From Eledone cirrhosa (lineage: Eukaryota): 64,000 nt of DNA. Location of the stretch: positions 119,226,001 through 119,290,000 of the forward strand of contig OZ024744.1 in the NCBI GenBank assembly GCA_964016885.1. The letters are read 5' to 3'. Positions within the stretch are counted from its first letter, which is position 1, and the number at the start of each line of letters is the position of its first letter. A program made the translations under genes and the position numbers. Below, piece by piece: positions 15,001-26,756 of the stretch. Below the pieces are notes generated by a model, which saw only the letters and a list, made by a program, of their open reading frames with translations, did not search any database and was not told where the DNA came from.

Positions 15001-17431
15001 TACTGTAACAACTGACTAATGTTACTAACATTATTACTGTAACAATTGACTTGGTGTTACTAACATTATTACTGTAACAACTGACTTGGTGTTACTAACA
15101 TTATCACTGTAACAACTGACTAATGGTACTAACATTATTACTGTAACAACTGACTAATGGTACTAACATTATTACTGTAACAACTGACTTGGTGTTACTA
15201 ACGTTATTACTGTAACAACTGACTTGGTGTTACTAACATTATTACTGTGACAACTGACTAATGTTACTAACATTATTACTGTAACAACTGACTTGGTGTT
15301 ACTAACATTATTACTGTGACAACTGACTAATGTTACTAACATTATTACTGTAACAACTGACTTGGTGTTACTAACATTATTACTGTGACAACTGACAAAT
15401 GTTACTAACATTATTACTGTAACAACTGACTTGGTGTTACTAACATTATTACTGTGACAACTGACTAATGTTACTAACATTATTACTGTAACAACTGACT
15501 TGATGTTACTAACATTATTACTGTGACAACTGACTAATGTTACTAACATTATTACTGTAACAACTGACTTGGTGTTACTAATATTATTACTGTGACAACT
15601 GACTAATGTTACTAACATTATTACTGTAACAACTGACTTGGTGTTACTAACATTATTACTGTGACAACTGACTAATGGTACTAACATTATTACTGTAACA
15701 ACTGACTTGGTGTTACTAACGTTATTACTGTAACAACTGACTTGGTGTTACTAACATTATTACTGTGACAACTGACTAATGTTACTAACATTATTACTGT
15801 AACAACTGACTTGGTGTTACTAACATTATTACTGTAACAACTGACTTGGTGTTACTAACATTATTACTTTAACAACTGACTTGGTGTTACTAACATTATT
15901 ACTGTAACAACTGACTTGGTGTTACTAACATTATTACTGTAACAACTGACTTGGTGTTACTAACATTATTACTGTAACAACTGACTTGGTGTTACTAACA
16001 TTATTACTGTAACAACTTACTTGGTGTTACTAACATTATTACTGTAACAACTGACTTGGTGTTACTAACATTATTACTGTAACAACAGACTTGGTGTTAC
16101 TAACATTATTACTGTAACAACTGACTTGGTGTTACTAACATTATTACTGTAACAACTGACTTGGTGTTACTAACATTATTTCTGTAACAACTGACTTGGT
16201 GTTACTAACATTATTACTGTAACAACTGACTTGGTGTTACTAACATTATTACTGTAACAACTGACTTGGTGTTACTAACATTATTACTTTAACAACTGAC
16301 TTGGTGTTACTAACATTATTACTGTAACAACTGACTTGGTGTTACTAACATTATTACTGTAACAATTGACTTGGTGTTACTAACATTATTACTGTAACAA
16401 CTGACTTGGTGTTACTAACATTATTACTGTAACAATTGACTTGCTGTTACTAACATTATTACTGTAACAACTGACTTGCTGTTACTAACATTATTACTGT
16501 AACAACTGACTAATGTTACTAACATTATTACTGTAACAACTGACTTGGTGTTACTAACATTATTACTTTAACAACTGACTTGGTGTTCCTCACATTATTA
16601 CTGTAACAACTGACTTGGTGTTACTAACATTATTACTTTAACAACTGACTTGGTGTTACTAACATTATTACTGTAACAACTGACTTGGTGTTACTAACAT
16701 TATTACTGTAACAACTGACTAATGTTACTAACATTATTACTGTAACAACTGACTTGGTGTTACTAACATTATTACTTTAACAACTGACTTGGTGTTACTA
16801 ACATTATTACTGTAACAACTGACTTGGTGTTACTAACATTATTACTGTAACAACTGACTTGGTGTTACTAACATTATTACTGTAACAACTGACTTGGTGT
16901 TACTAACATTATTACTGTAACAACTGACTAATGTTACTAACATTATTACTGTAACAACTGACTTGGTATTACTAACATTATTACTGTAACAACTGACTTG
17001 GTGTTACTAACATTATTACTGTAACAACTGACTAATGTTACTAACATTATTTCTGTAACAACTGACTTGGTGTTACTAACATTATTACTGTAACAACTGA
17101 CTTGGTGTTACTAACATTATTACTGTAACAACTGACTAATGTTACTAACATTATTACTGTAACAATTGACTTGGTGTTACTAACATTATTACTGTAACAA
17201 CTGACTAATGTTACTAACATTATTACTGTAACAACTGACTTGGTGTTACTAACATTATTACTGTAACAACTGACTTGGTGTTACTAACATTATTACTGTA
17301 ACAACTGCCTTGGTGTTACTAACATTATTACTGTAACAACTGACTTGGTGTTACTAACATTATTACTGTAACAACTGACTTGGTGTTACTAACATTATTA
17401 CTGTAACAACTAACTTATGTTACTAACATTA
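1..17431. repeat. Satellite array of 35-bp (ACTAACATTATTACTGTAACAACTGACTTGGTGTT) and 34-bp (…ACTGACTAATGTT) monomers, ~500 copies, with higher-order structure; runs off the left edge
   Basis: Continuous tandem repetition seen directly; ends abruptly at …TACTAACATTA|ATTGACATGG (~17431). Confidence 0.99.
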
Positions 17432-17807
17432 ATTGACATGGAAATAAGGAAGACATTCTTCAGTTTTAGACAATGACTGTTTCACTTGTTTCCTCAACAG
17501 AGCAGCCTATTTGTTAAATTAATGTCAAGTTGCCGAGCATTCTGCACACATATGTAGCTTTAAAATTATAATTCTTAGAAAGAATCAGCATGATACAGTG
17601 TGTGACAAGGCAAACACCACTGAATTACTGGTACACTCTATCTCATCTGATGGGCTTCTCAGCAATTTCTTCTGCATAGTTTCCTTCACATGGTTTTATT
17701 TGGCCTGGCACTATTATAAAGGACACTTGACCAAGTGGTGTTCAACCCTGGACCTTATGATTGTTAACCATGCATACATATAGTATGTTCCTGTAAGATA
17801 TGTGTAT

Positions 17808-18028
17808 AGTACAGTGACCTAGTGGTAAGCGTGTTCGACTTGCAACCATAATGTCATAGGTTCAATTGCTGGACCAGGTTGTGTGTTGGCTTTCGAGCAA
17901 AACACCTCATTTCACAATGTTTCAGAGTGCTAAGCTGAAAATGAGTACCAGCTGGGGGTTTAACCCTGTGATGGACTAGCATCCTGTCTTGGAGGAAGTC
18001 TTGTACTCAATCACTTCATGCCATGCGT
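17808..18028 (+). mobile_element. Degenerate tRNA-derived SINE
   Basis: A-box-like TGACCTAGTGGTAAG, B-box-like GGTTCAATTGC; central GAGCAAAACACCTCATTTCACAATG similar to the SINE at 26447-26756; AACCCTGTGATGGACTAGCATCC block typical of conserved SINE central domains. Boundaries approximate. Confidence 0.7.
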
Positions 18029-18243
18029 TCACCCTCACCCCACCCCAGTAAATATGGCCCTGTGTGAGTGAGTTTACAGAAAATATATTCAGAAGACCAA
18101 AGGCAATGTTTTAATAGAAGACGGAAATAGTTCATTGGTACTTAATATATTAGATAGAGTTTGAAATATTGGATTACCCTGGTGCAGCAGATCTTTGATC
18201 AGATACATAGCTAGGATGGTAGGACAAACATGACAGGTGCCAT

Positions 18244-18358
18244 GGGTCACCACGTGAAGTGGGTCACCACTTGAAGTGGGTCACCACATGAGGTGGGTCG
18301 CCACATGAGGTGGATCACCACATGAGGTGGGTCACCACATGAGGTGGGTCATCACATG
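18244..18358. repeat. 17-bp minisatellite (GGGTCACCACATGAGGT) x ~7
   Basis: Direct tandem copies with single-base variants. Confidence 0.95.
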
Positions 18359-18917
18359 GACTGGAAGACTTTCTATTAAAGTCAGATAAGCTATCGTCAG
18401 AAAGTGAAAAAAAGAAAGTTCTTCAGATGTCTGATCTGTCTTTATCATGGCTGAGAAGAACAACTATGATGGAACATTAAGCCATTTAATATAAATTATT
18501 AGACCTCTATAGGCTGAAAAAACTAACTTTGGCCACATCATGGACAACAAATTTAAATCAGTAAAAGCAAGGAAGATGCAGTTGTAATTTTCATGTATTG
18601 TTTTCAATTAAAAAATTAACATATGTAATTAATTTTTGTGAGTTGACTTTATGGTTATCTGAAAGATGGGTGTCAAATGTTTGGGTTGGGTGTAATTTCA
18701 CTGCTTGTCATAGGGTCTATTTCCCTAGCTATGGTATACAATGATCCAGTTTCTATTTTCTGAAGATTATAATAGTTTGGTGATGAAAGATGTTCTGACT
18801 GGAATGGAAACAATTTTCAGTTGTTCCTGATATGAAATATGTTTATTGTTTATGCAATCTTAAGCAGTTCAAATAGTTGAGAGACAACACAGCAAGGAGA
18901 ATGTTTAAAACGGTGGA

Positions 18918-19200
18918 GATATATATATATAGGGATATATATGCAGTGATATATACATGGATATAAACACAGTGATATATATATAAAGTGATATATATTC
19001 AGAGATATATACATGAATATATACACAGTGATATATATATGTAGAGATATATACATGAATATATAAATATATACAGTGATATATATATATATATATAAAT
19101 ATATACAGTGGTATATACATGAATATAAAACAGTGATATATATATATATATATATATATACAGTGGTATATATATATGAATATATACCACAGTGATATAT
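18918..19200. repeat. AGTG(AT)n / GGG(AT)n compound microsatellite, segment 1
   Basis: CAGTGATATAT units interspersed with (AT)n. Confidence 0.9.
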
Positions 19201-21352
19201 ATCATCATCATCATCATCATCATCAGGTTTAGCGTCCGTGTTCCATGCTTGCATGGGTTTGGACGGGGGTTTTCCCACTTGAGGCAAGAGTGGTTGTCTT
19301 GCTCGCATAGGACTGTCTGGCGGGTTTTCTACAGCTGGATGCCCTTCCTAACACCAACCACATTTACAGTGTGGGGCTGGGAGGTTTTTACCGTGTTGCC
19401 TACACGGCCACATTACAGCGTGGACTGTCTGGCGGGTTTTCTACAGCTGGATGCCCTTCCTAACACCAACCACATTTACAGTGTGGGGCTGGGAGGTTTT
19501 TACCGTGTTGCCTACACGGCCACATTTACAGTGTGGACTGTGTGTTTTTTTGTCGTGACACCTACACGACCTCATTTGTTTCGGCCTGGATGTTGTGGGA
19601 CCAACATAACTTTACATTGAAAGGGGCAGTGAGGATGGGGTGGAGGTGGTGGGACGGGGGGTGATGCCTACTGACTGTAGTAGGTTTTTACTTTGTATTT
19701 ACGTAAGGCGGGTCTTCTCTATTACTGAGTACCGCCAAAGGTCTCGGTCCAGTGACATTGTCTTGGAGAGGTGTAAGCGTGTGAGGTCGGAATTTATCAG
19801 CTCGTCCCAGGTTTTTCTGGGTCTGCCTACTCCATGGCTACCGTCTATCTTTATTGCCCTGCACTTTGTTATACAGCTGTCGTCTTTCATGCGCATCACG
19901 TGACCGTACCAACGTAGCCTTCTCTCGAGTAAACAACATCTGATCCCTCTTATTTCTAATTTTTTCCTTAGTTCGTTTATGCTTAGCCGTTCACGTATAT
20001 TACTATTGCACATCCAGCAGAGCATGCAAGCTTCGTTCCTCTCTAGTCTGCGTATATCCTCTGCACACAATGCCCAGGTCTCACTGCCATGCAGCATTGC
20101 TGTTCGTATGCAGGCATCGTATAACCTGCCTTTCATTTTTAGGGAGAACCCTCTAGTGGCTAATAGTGGTATAAGCTCTCTGAACTTTTTCCATCCAGTT
20201 CTGACTCTAGCTACTGTACTTTCAGAGCACCCTCCCCCACTGCTGATTTTGTCACCCAGGTAACGGAAGCTGTCCACTATTTCTATAGAACCATCTGCGC
20301 AATTGAAAGAGCTAGTATTTAGTGGGCACTTGCTGCTACTTATTGCACCAGAGCACTGGCCACATGTAAAATCTATGTTCTTAGTTAGCTTACCTGTGAT
20401 CCCACTACATCTTTTATGCACCCATACTTTGCATTGGGGACATAAAATGGAGTTTCTACCTACGCCTTTCCTACACACTGAGCATGGCCATTTCCCGGAA
20501 GGGACCGCCGCCTTATTTTCTTTCCTACAAACTAGAACTTTAGTCTTAGCCAGGTTAATTTTAAGGCCTTTTGATTCTAGGCCGTGCTTCCATGTTTGGA
20601 ATTTCTTCTCTAGTTCGGTCATTGATTCAGCTATGAGCGTTAGATCATCTGCGTATAGGAGTTCCCATGGGCAGCCGGTCTTGAACTCCTCTGTTATAGC
20701 CTGAAGGACAATAATAAATAGTAGGGGGCTAAGGACAGAGCCCTGATGGACACCAACTTTTACGCTAAACTCTTCACTATATTCGTTGTTAATTCTAACC
20801 TTACTGACTGTTTCTTTATACATGGCTTGTATAGCTCTCACAAGCCATTCGTCAACACCTAGTTTTCTAAGAGCCCACCAGATAATGGAACGGGGGACTC
20901 TGTCGAAGGCTTTCTCCAGGTCTACAAAAGCTAAGTAGAGGGGTTTACCTTTAGCTAGGTACTTCTCCTGTAGTTGTCGTACAATGAAAAGAGCGTCTGT
21001 GGTACTTTTACCTGATACAAACCCGAACTGCATTTCATCTAGATCAATTCTCTCTCTGATTAGTTGTGCTATTACTTTTTCCGTGACCTTCATGACCTGG
21101 TCGATTAATTTAATGCCTCTATAGTTACTACTATCTAGGGCGTCTCCTTTACCCTTATAACAGTTAACGATGATGCTGCTACGCCAGTCCTTCGGAACAA
21201 CCCCATTCTGTACGACTTGGTTAACTATGCGGGTGACCATGGTGTGTCCCACCGTACCAGATGCCTTCAGCATCTCAGCAACTATTTCCGAAGGCCCAGC
21301 CGCCTTACCCGTCTTCATATCCTTGATTGCCTTACTTATTGTACTACCCTCG
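19201..21352 (-). mobile_element. 5'-truncated RTE-clade LINE with 3' UTR and (GAT)n tail
   Basis: RT ORF on the minus strand; 3' UTR ends …GCATGGAACACGGACGCTAAACC(TGA)n; a 112-bp tandem duplication lies in the 3' UTR (~19311-19533). Confidence 0.93.
19699..21318 (-). CDS. RTE reverse transcriptase (N-terminally truncated, open frame of 539 aa) with Cys/His-rich insert CSVC…CPQC…HKRC…CGQC
   Basis: Motifs KGKGD…NYRGIKL, QFGF, FVDLEKAFDRV, GVHQGSVLSPLLF, YADD, FRYLG, HGSETW, RRLRWYGHV, GRPRKTW. Confidence 0.92.
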   Translation of the reverse strand: MKTGKAAGPSEIVAEMLKASGTVGHTMVTRIVNQVVQNGVVPKDWRSSIIVNCYKGKGDALDSSNYRGIKLIDQVMKVTEKVIAQLIRERIDLDEMQFGFVSGKSTTDALFIVRQLQEKYLAKGKPLYLAFVDLEKAFDRVPRSIIWWALRKLGVDEWLVRAIQAMYKETVSKVRINNEYSEEFSVKVGVHQGSVLSPLLFIIVLQAITEEFKTGCPWELLYADDLTLIAESMTELEKKFQTWKHGLESKGLKINLAKTKVLVCRKENKAAVPSGKWPCSVCRKGVGRNSILCPQCKVWVHKRCSGITGKLTKNIDFTCGQCSGAISSSKCPLNTSSFNCADGSIEIVDSFRYLGDKISSGGGCSESTVARVRTGWKKFRELIPLLATRGFSLKMKGRLYDACIRTAMLHGSETWALCAEDIRRLERNEACMLCWMCNSNIRERLSINELRKKLEIRGIRCCLLERRLRWYGHVMRMKDDSCITKCRAIKIDGSHGVGRPRKTWDELINSDLTRLHLSKTMSLDRDLWRYSVIEKTRLT

Positions 21353-21552
21353 ACAATAAGTAAGGCAATCTTATATATATATTCTTAAATATATATATAT
21401 ATATATATATATGCTTCAATCAATCCCGGTGTATATATATATAGATAGATAGATAGATAGATATATATATATATATAACGAAGGAAATGTGGTAAGGAAC
21501 CAGGTGGACCATAACGCACCAAAGTACTCAATACTTAGGGTAGTAGAGTGGG

Positions 21553-21586
<34 letters not shown>

Positions 21587-21599
21587 TGATATATATAAG

Positions 21600-21855
21600 T
21601 GATAGGGAGAGACCAGACGGTCTTACCCTTTGTCCTTGGGTGAGAGGTAGATGTCTCATCTGGGACTTCACAGTCAGTGACTCTTTTGCTCCCTCCCACA
21701 TCATGGACGCTGTGGTGAATGAGGGGGTCACTGCTTTCGCTGCCGAACGGAATAAAATTTGGAAATACCAGGACTTATCAAACAATTATTTTTTCCAGCC
21801 TGTGGCATTCGAGATTATCGGTGGAGTTGGGTCGCTGACAGCAAAGTTCTTGTCA
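21600..21855 (+). mobile_element. Fragment of CRE-type non-LTR retrotransposon (C-terminal restriction-like endonuclease)
   Basis: RPDGLTLCPWVRGRCLIWDFT…AAERNKIWKYQDL…FQPVAFEIIG matches the PD-(D/E)xK tail of CRE-like elements; probable 3' UTR continues to ~22188. Confidence 0.75.
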
Positions 21856-22188
21856 TCACCATCACCTCAGTGTCTTAGCCTCGCCATCACCTCACATTAG
21901 TGAGGTGTCAAGGGATGCCCATGAGGGTACCTGGTTATTTCAGTGCCTTACCTCACCTTACTGAGGTGTCAGGTGATGTCTGTGAGGGTGCTTGGTTATT
22001 TCAGTACCTTAGCCTCGCCATCACCTATGGTAATGCTGCAAGGGTGTTGGCTTGCCTCAAAGTGTGTAGATAACCCCCAAGTTGTGAGGTGCAGCCAATT
22101 GTCATACTTGGTGGTGCATTGCCCCCCCCCCCCTCCTCCTCCTCTTTCCTTTATCATTTTTGTTCATGAATTTATATTATTGTTATTA

Positions 22189-23496
22189 CTAGCAGTTTAG
22201 CCCGGCGTTGCTCGGGTTTGTTCATTTGCTATGAAAAGTTACATACAGGTAAACGTGGCTTGAAAGCGAATAAGCTTATCAATTAAGTGCATAAAGCAGT
22301 TGAACCGGTTATTCAAAGTTACGAAGCAATTAGCATTTTGGACAATCAATGATGGGTTAATAATCTTCCTATCGCGAATTTAGCAGACCAAAGTTGCAAG
22401 ATGGTGGCCCTGGTGCCGCTGGGTGTCAGATCTGTCTGCCATGGGTGACCCTACCAGGAAATTCTAGACGGCATAGCTCCAACACCTCCAACACCTGCAC
22501 CAACATCTATAGCACCTCTTTGTAGACGATATTGCGTGTCATCCCTTGAGGAGTGTAAGCAAAAAGTTCATTCCTGCTCCCTACGTGGGAACAGGCAACA
22601 TAAAGTTGGCCATGGGAGAAGCTGTCAAATTTTACACCAGGATGTCTTTCAACAGCCTGACCTGACTTTCTTCGCACCCAAGTGTTTTTCGACCATATAA
22701 AGTAGGATGGAACCTGGGGGTACACAATTGTTTGCGCAAATGTATCGAACTGGCAAAGTTTGAAGAAACCCGTCAGAGTGGTCTCTTTCGGATCGGCAGC
22801 CAACTTGGTGGGGGTTTGGTCCGTAAAGTAAACCCTTTGCCCATTTTCCAAATGTACCGCAAGCTGTACCATGGCGGGGTGCCGTTGGTGTAGGGGGAAA
22901 CCAAATAGGCGCCAAAAAGCTTCATTGCTACTGATGTACCGCCCCGCCAGGTATTCTGTGACCTCGTCCCTGCTATTTTCAGCCTGAAATGCGAACATTG
23001 CGATGTCAGAGCCCTTATTTACATATTTGCATATGTATTTTATCAACTTGAGGGAGTTGCAAAACTCAACGTTGATGTGGGCGTTGAACATCTTCAAGAG
23101 AAGCGGGCAGTAAGGGACCACCCATCTATTGTCGACTTGACCTCCCTTTACTATTGTGGTGAAGCCACCGTTCTCGGGCCATCTCCACCTGTACAGGGGG
23201 TACCCGTCGCCACCAGTCTGCGTCTGGTCAACAAATACGGAACGCTCCATTTGATCATACACATTGTTTCTCTCTCTGCAGTGTTTTCATATAGGGAGTG
23301 AAGAGCGACAGAGTGTGTAAAGCAGTTAAATTATAGAGAGGGGGAATGATCATGATCGATTTTTGCCCTTATTGTTCATGGATTTGAAATTGTTTTGCTT
23401 CATGACCTTTTCCTGACCAAAAGCAATAATTGTCCCGACTTTGAATATAATCCCTTACAGACATTAACACACACATCCTCAGATTTATATATATAC
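22189..23496 (-). mobile_element. Internally deleted Helitron
   Basis: Minus-strand 3' end CCCGAGCAACGCCGGG hairpin, then CTAAACTG-CTAG followed by T; probable degenerate 5' end (T)GTATATATATAAATCTGAGG near 23496; contains a RepHel remnant. Confidence 0.9.
22507..23262 (-). pseudogene. Helitron RepHel remnant (Rep C-terminal part fused in frame to Pif1-helicase C-terminus)
   Basis: GYPLYRWR, DNRWVVPY, HINVE, KYICKYVNKG, RYISSNEAFWR, LAVHLENGQ, then directly FSHGQLYVACS…TRNIVYKEVL. Confidence 0.9.
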
Positions 23497-23577
23497 ACGG
23501 TTTAGACATATTTGTCCTTCTCAACTAATTGTGAGTAAATTTATACAACTGTAATAAAATATTTAAAGGATTCAAAG

Positions 23578-24112
23578 TATACAGTGATATATATATATAT
23601 AATGATATATATAGTGATATATATATAATGATATATATACTGTGGTATGTATACATTAATATATATATATATACATATGATATATATATACATTGATACA
23701 TATATACAGTGATATATATAAAGTGATATATATGTAGTGATATATATGTAGTGATATATATATAGTGACATATATATATAGTGATATATATGCAGTGATA
23801 TATATATAGTGATATATATAGTGATAGATATACAGTGATATATAGACTGTGGTATATATGTAGTGATATACATATAGTGATATATATAGTGATATATATA
23901 CAGTGATATATATATATACAGTGATATATATACTGTGGTATATATATATAGTGATATATATATAGTGATATATATAGTGATATATACAGTGATATATATA
24001 GTGATATATACAGTGATATATAGACTGTGGTATATATATATAGTGATATATATATAGTGATATATATAGTGATATAGTGATATATATATAGTGATATAGT
24101 GATATATATAGT
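23578..24112. repeat. AGTG(AT)n compound microsatellite, segment 2
   Basis: Same unit as 18918-19200. Confidence 0.92.
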
Positions 24113-24296
24113 TATACTTGGGGAGGGACATATTTGTGTAATATTGCCAGAATGAATAACAGAACACACTCACTGTTTGGTTGGTTTTCGCTTCTGTGTC
24201 TTTTATATCGGTAATCTAATTTATTCGGTCCTCAATGTTGCCATTGACTGACCAACGGTCAAAAATAATAGATACAATATAGACACAAACATATAT

Positions 24297-24350
24297 ATAG
24301 TTTATCAAAGTTCTTTCGTTGCACATCTGCAACATCGTCAGTGGTGCTAT
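24297..24350 (-). ncRNA. Degenerate minimal type I hammerhead ribozyme in Penelope pseudo-LTR
   Basis: Minus strand: ACCA CTGACGA T GTTGCA gatg TGCAAC GAAA GAAC TT TGAT; CUGANGA and GAAA cores flank a 6-bp stem II; stems I and III imperfect. Confidence 0.65.
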
Positions 24351-24760
24351 TGTTTCCTCCCGTTACATTGTATTTTCTACGCCATCTTTATTTAGTCTGT
24401 TTATATATTTATTTATTTATTTATTTATTTTATTTTGTCTTCTTTGCGCATGCGTTTGCGTGTGTGTATAGTATTTTGTTTGATGTGTGCTCGTGATTGG
24501 GTGACTGTGTATTGGTTAATGTATTCTATCTTTCCTAGTGTGTTTTTATATGTGTTTGTTGTTATTGTGCTTGTGTATGTATTTATTTATTTATTTATAC
24601 TTCTCTTAGGTCAGTGTTGTTTGTTTGGGTGTTGTTATTCCATTCATTCTTTCTGTTTAGCTTTGGTCTTCTAATTTCTATTTCACTGGCCTCTCTGATT
24701 TGCCTATCTGCTGGGTCATTTCTATGTTTAGATATTATTCTAATTTCTATGTTGTCTATG

Positions 24761-25147
24761 TTACCGCCGTGTTGTTGTCTGGCATATTCGTATAGTACTG
24801 ACCCGTTTTTTCGTCCTTTTAGTTCCCCCCCAGTGTTGGTCTATCCTTTCACCTATGCTACGAGCTGTCTCACCTATGTATGTTGTTGTCATGTTTCTGC
24901 AAGTACCCTCTGTACATCTTATGCTATAGACTACGTTTCTAGTTTTACAGTTTATCCGGGGGGTTACCTTACATATGATACATTTCCTATTAGTACAGTG
25001 GGTTTTCTTAAAAGGGTAGGTTTTGCTGATCAGGGATTTTATGGTGGTTCCTGGCTTTTCTATCACCTTAATCTTTAAGTGGGTCTTTCTCAGGGCTTTT
25101 CTACACTGGTTAGCTAATTTCCCTCCAGGGGTAGCGTCCACAAACAT
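24761..25147 (-). pseudogene. Penelope-like GIY-YIG endonuclease with Cys-rich linker
   Basis: CTNRKCIIC…CKTRNVVYSIRC…YIGETARSIGERIDQH. Confidence 0.9.
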
Positions 25148-25174
25148 GACACTCTGGTATCTCTGGTTGTCGTA

Positions 25175-26014
25175 CTATGAGGTGTATTTCCCTATCTTAT
25201 GTCTAGCCCTATCTAAGCTATTCCATGATTTGCTCCTGTATAATGGGCAAATTCCTTTCATGTCCAGTTCTATGAGGGTCTTATACTTCTTCAAGGCTCC
25301 TTCGTATACTCTGACTCTGTCTCTTTGGTTGTAGCCAGAGAACTGCATGCGGTTGATGAAGTGTTGGATGTGTCTTTCCATTTCTGTTGGGTCGCACATG
25401 CGGGACACATTCTTCATCACTCGTACCAAATCTGCGATCAGAATATTAAACTTAGCACTACTGGACATTGCTGAGTTTTTGAGTATCAGGTATTTGGAGG
25501 CCATGGGTTTAGCATAGTGTGAGTGGAGAATTTGGGCTTTCTCGTCTATAGTGTTAATCCAGAGTTCCGTGTCTAATACAGGTAGTCTATTGTTAGGGTG
25601 TTTGGAAGGGTAGTCGATAGTTACAGTTATACTCTGGTGTATGGAATTAGCTATCTGCTGGATGCTTTCCATTGTGCTATGTTCTAAATCAAACTTGTTA
25701 GTGCTCTCTAGTGGGGGTGTTCTTATAACTATATTGATATCGTCTACGTAACGAGAGTACATGATGAGGTCTATGGAGCTCTCATTAAGGAGATCTTTAA
25801 GTTTCCTTTCCCACCATACCATAAAAAGGTTGGCAACATCACCAGCTATGCTGACGCCAATGGTTGCTCCCTCATTTTGGGTGTAGATCTTCTCGTTGAA
25901 CTTGAATATGTGGCCCTTTAGGGTAGTTTTAATACTAGCCCCTATTGCATGTGCGACCATTTTTCTTACCTGATCATTGTTTTGGGGGGGTCCGTATAGC
26001 TTTGGTCCACCCAA
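25175..26014 (-). pseudogene. Penelope-like reverse transcriptase
   Basis: FKFNEKIYTQNEGATIG…ANLFM…RYVDD…LPVLD…HYAKPMAS…FSGY. Confidence 0.9.
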
Positions 26015-26231
26015 TCACCTTCCCATGGGAGTCTTTTTAGCCATTGAGGTTATGGTGGGGGGTCTACCTATTACAGGTCAACTAGGGCAGAAACGTCTAA
26101 GGTCATGGCTGTCTCGGTAGTCAGTGTCGTAGGTAAGTCTAAGTAGGAGGCCCAGTTCGTCTGTGTCTACGTCGCAGAACTCCACCTCACTCTCAATGAT
26201 CATCTCCACACATTTTTCCACAGCACGATTT

Positions 26232-26446
26232 CATATAGTGATATATATATAGTGATATATATATAGTGATATATATAAAGTGATATATATATAGTGATAT
26301 ATACACAGCGAAATATATACAGTGATATATATACAGTGATATATATACAGTGATATATATATAGTGATATATATACAGTGATATATATATATATAGTGAT
26401 ATATATATGATATATATAAAGTGATATATATATAGAGTGATATATA
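26232..26446. repeat. AGTG(AT)n compound microsatellite, segment 3
   Basis: Same unit. Confidence 0.92.
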
Positions 26447-26756
26447 TCATTTTACGTCCGCTTTTGGGACGGGAACTGATCCTGGCTTGATTTCTACAGC
26501 TGGATGCCCTTCCTAACACCAACCTCATTTACAGTGAGTGCTGGGTGCTTTTTTGCTGTGGCACCCCCACGGCCACTTTACAGTGGAATGATATGGACCC
26601 CAGTCCCTATCATCTCATTTCTACAGCTGAGTAAACTGGAGCAATGTGAAATAAAGTGTCTTGCTCAAGGAAACCACACATCACCCGGTCTGAGAATTGA
26701 ATTCACAATCTTTCGATTGCAAGGCCAATGCTCTAGCCACTAAGCCATGTGCCTCC
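26447..26756 (-). mobile_element. tRNA-derived SINE with RTE-derived 3' tail
   Basis: Minus strand begins GGAGGCACATGGCTTAGTGG (A box) … GAATTCAATTC (B-like), central CCTTGAGCAAGACACTTTATTTCAC; shares TTCTACAGCTGGATGCCCTTCCTAACACCAACC (plus strand) with the RTE 3' UTR at ~19327-19359; ends GGACGTAAAATGAT. Confidence 0.88.

Larger units (their letters stand above)
24113..26192 (-). mobile_element. 5'-truncated Penelope-like element (RT + Cys-rich linker + C-terminal GIY-YIG) with 3' pseudo-LTR region
   Basis: RT and GIY-YIG ORFs on the minus strand; hammerhead-like motif downstream. Confidence 0.88.

Noticed and set aside
915-15687. Repetitive minus-strand ORFs (MLVTLVSCHSNNVSNTKSVVTVI)n
   Set aside because: Artefact of alternating 35+34 = 69-bp dimers (23 codons); frames close as soon as the alternation breaks.
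1-17431. CRISPR-like array (35-bp repeats with dyad symmetry)
   Set aside because: No unique spacers, no cas genes and a eukaryotic context; it is a pure tandem satellite.
17598-17783. 61-aa ORF next to the satellite edge
   Set aside because: GTG start, no recognisable motif, and a length expected by chance.
21478-21555. ~78-bp unique island inside (TA)n
   Set aside because: Probably a repeat end, but it has no in-window homolog or diagnostic motif.
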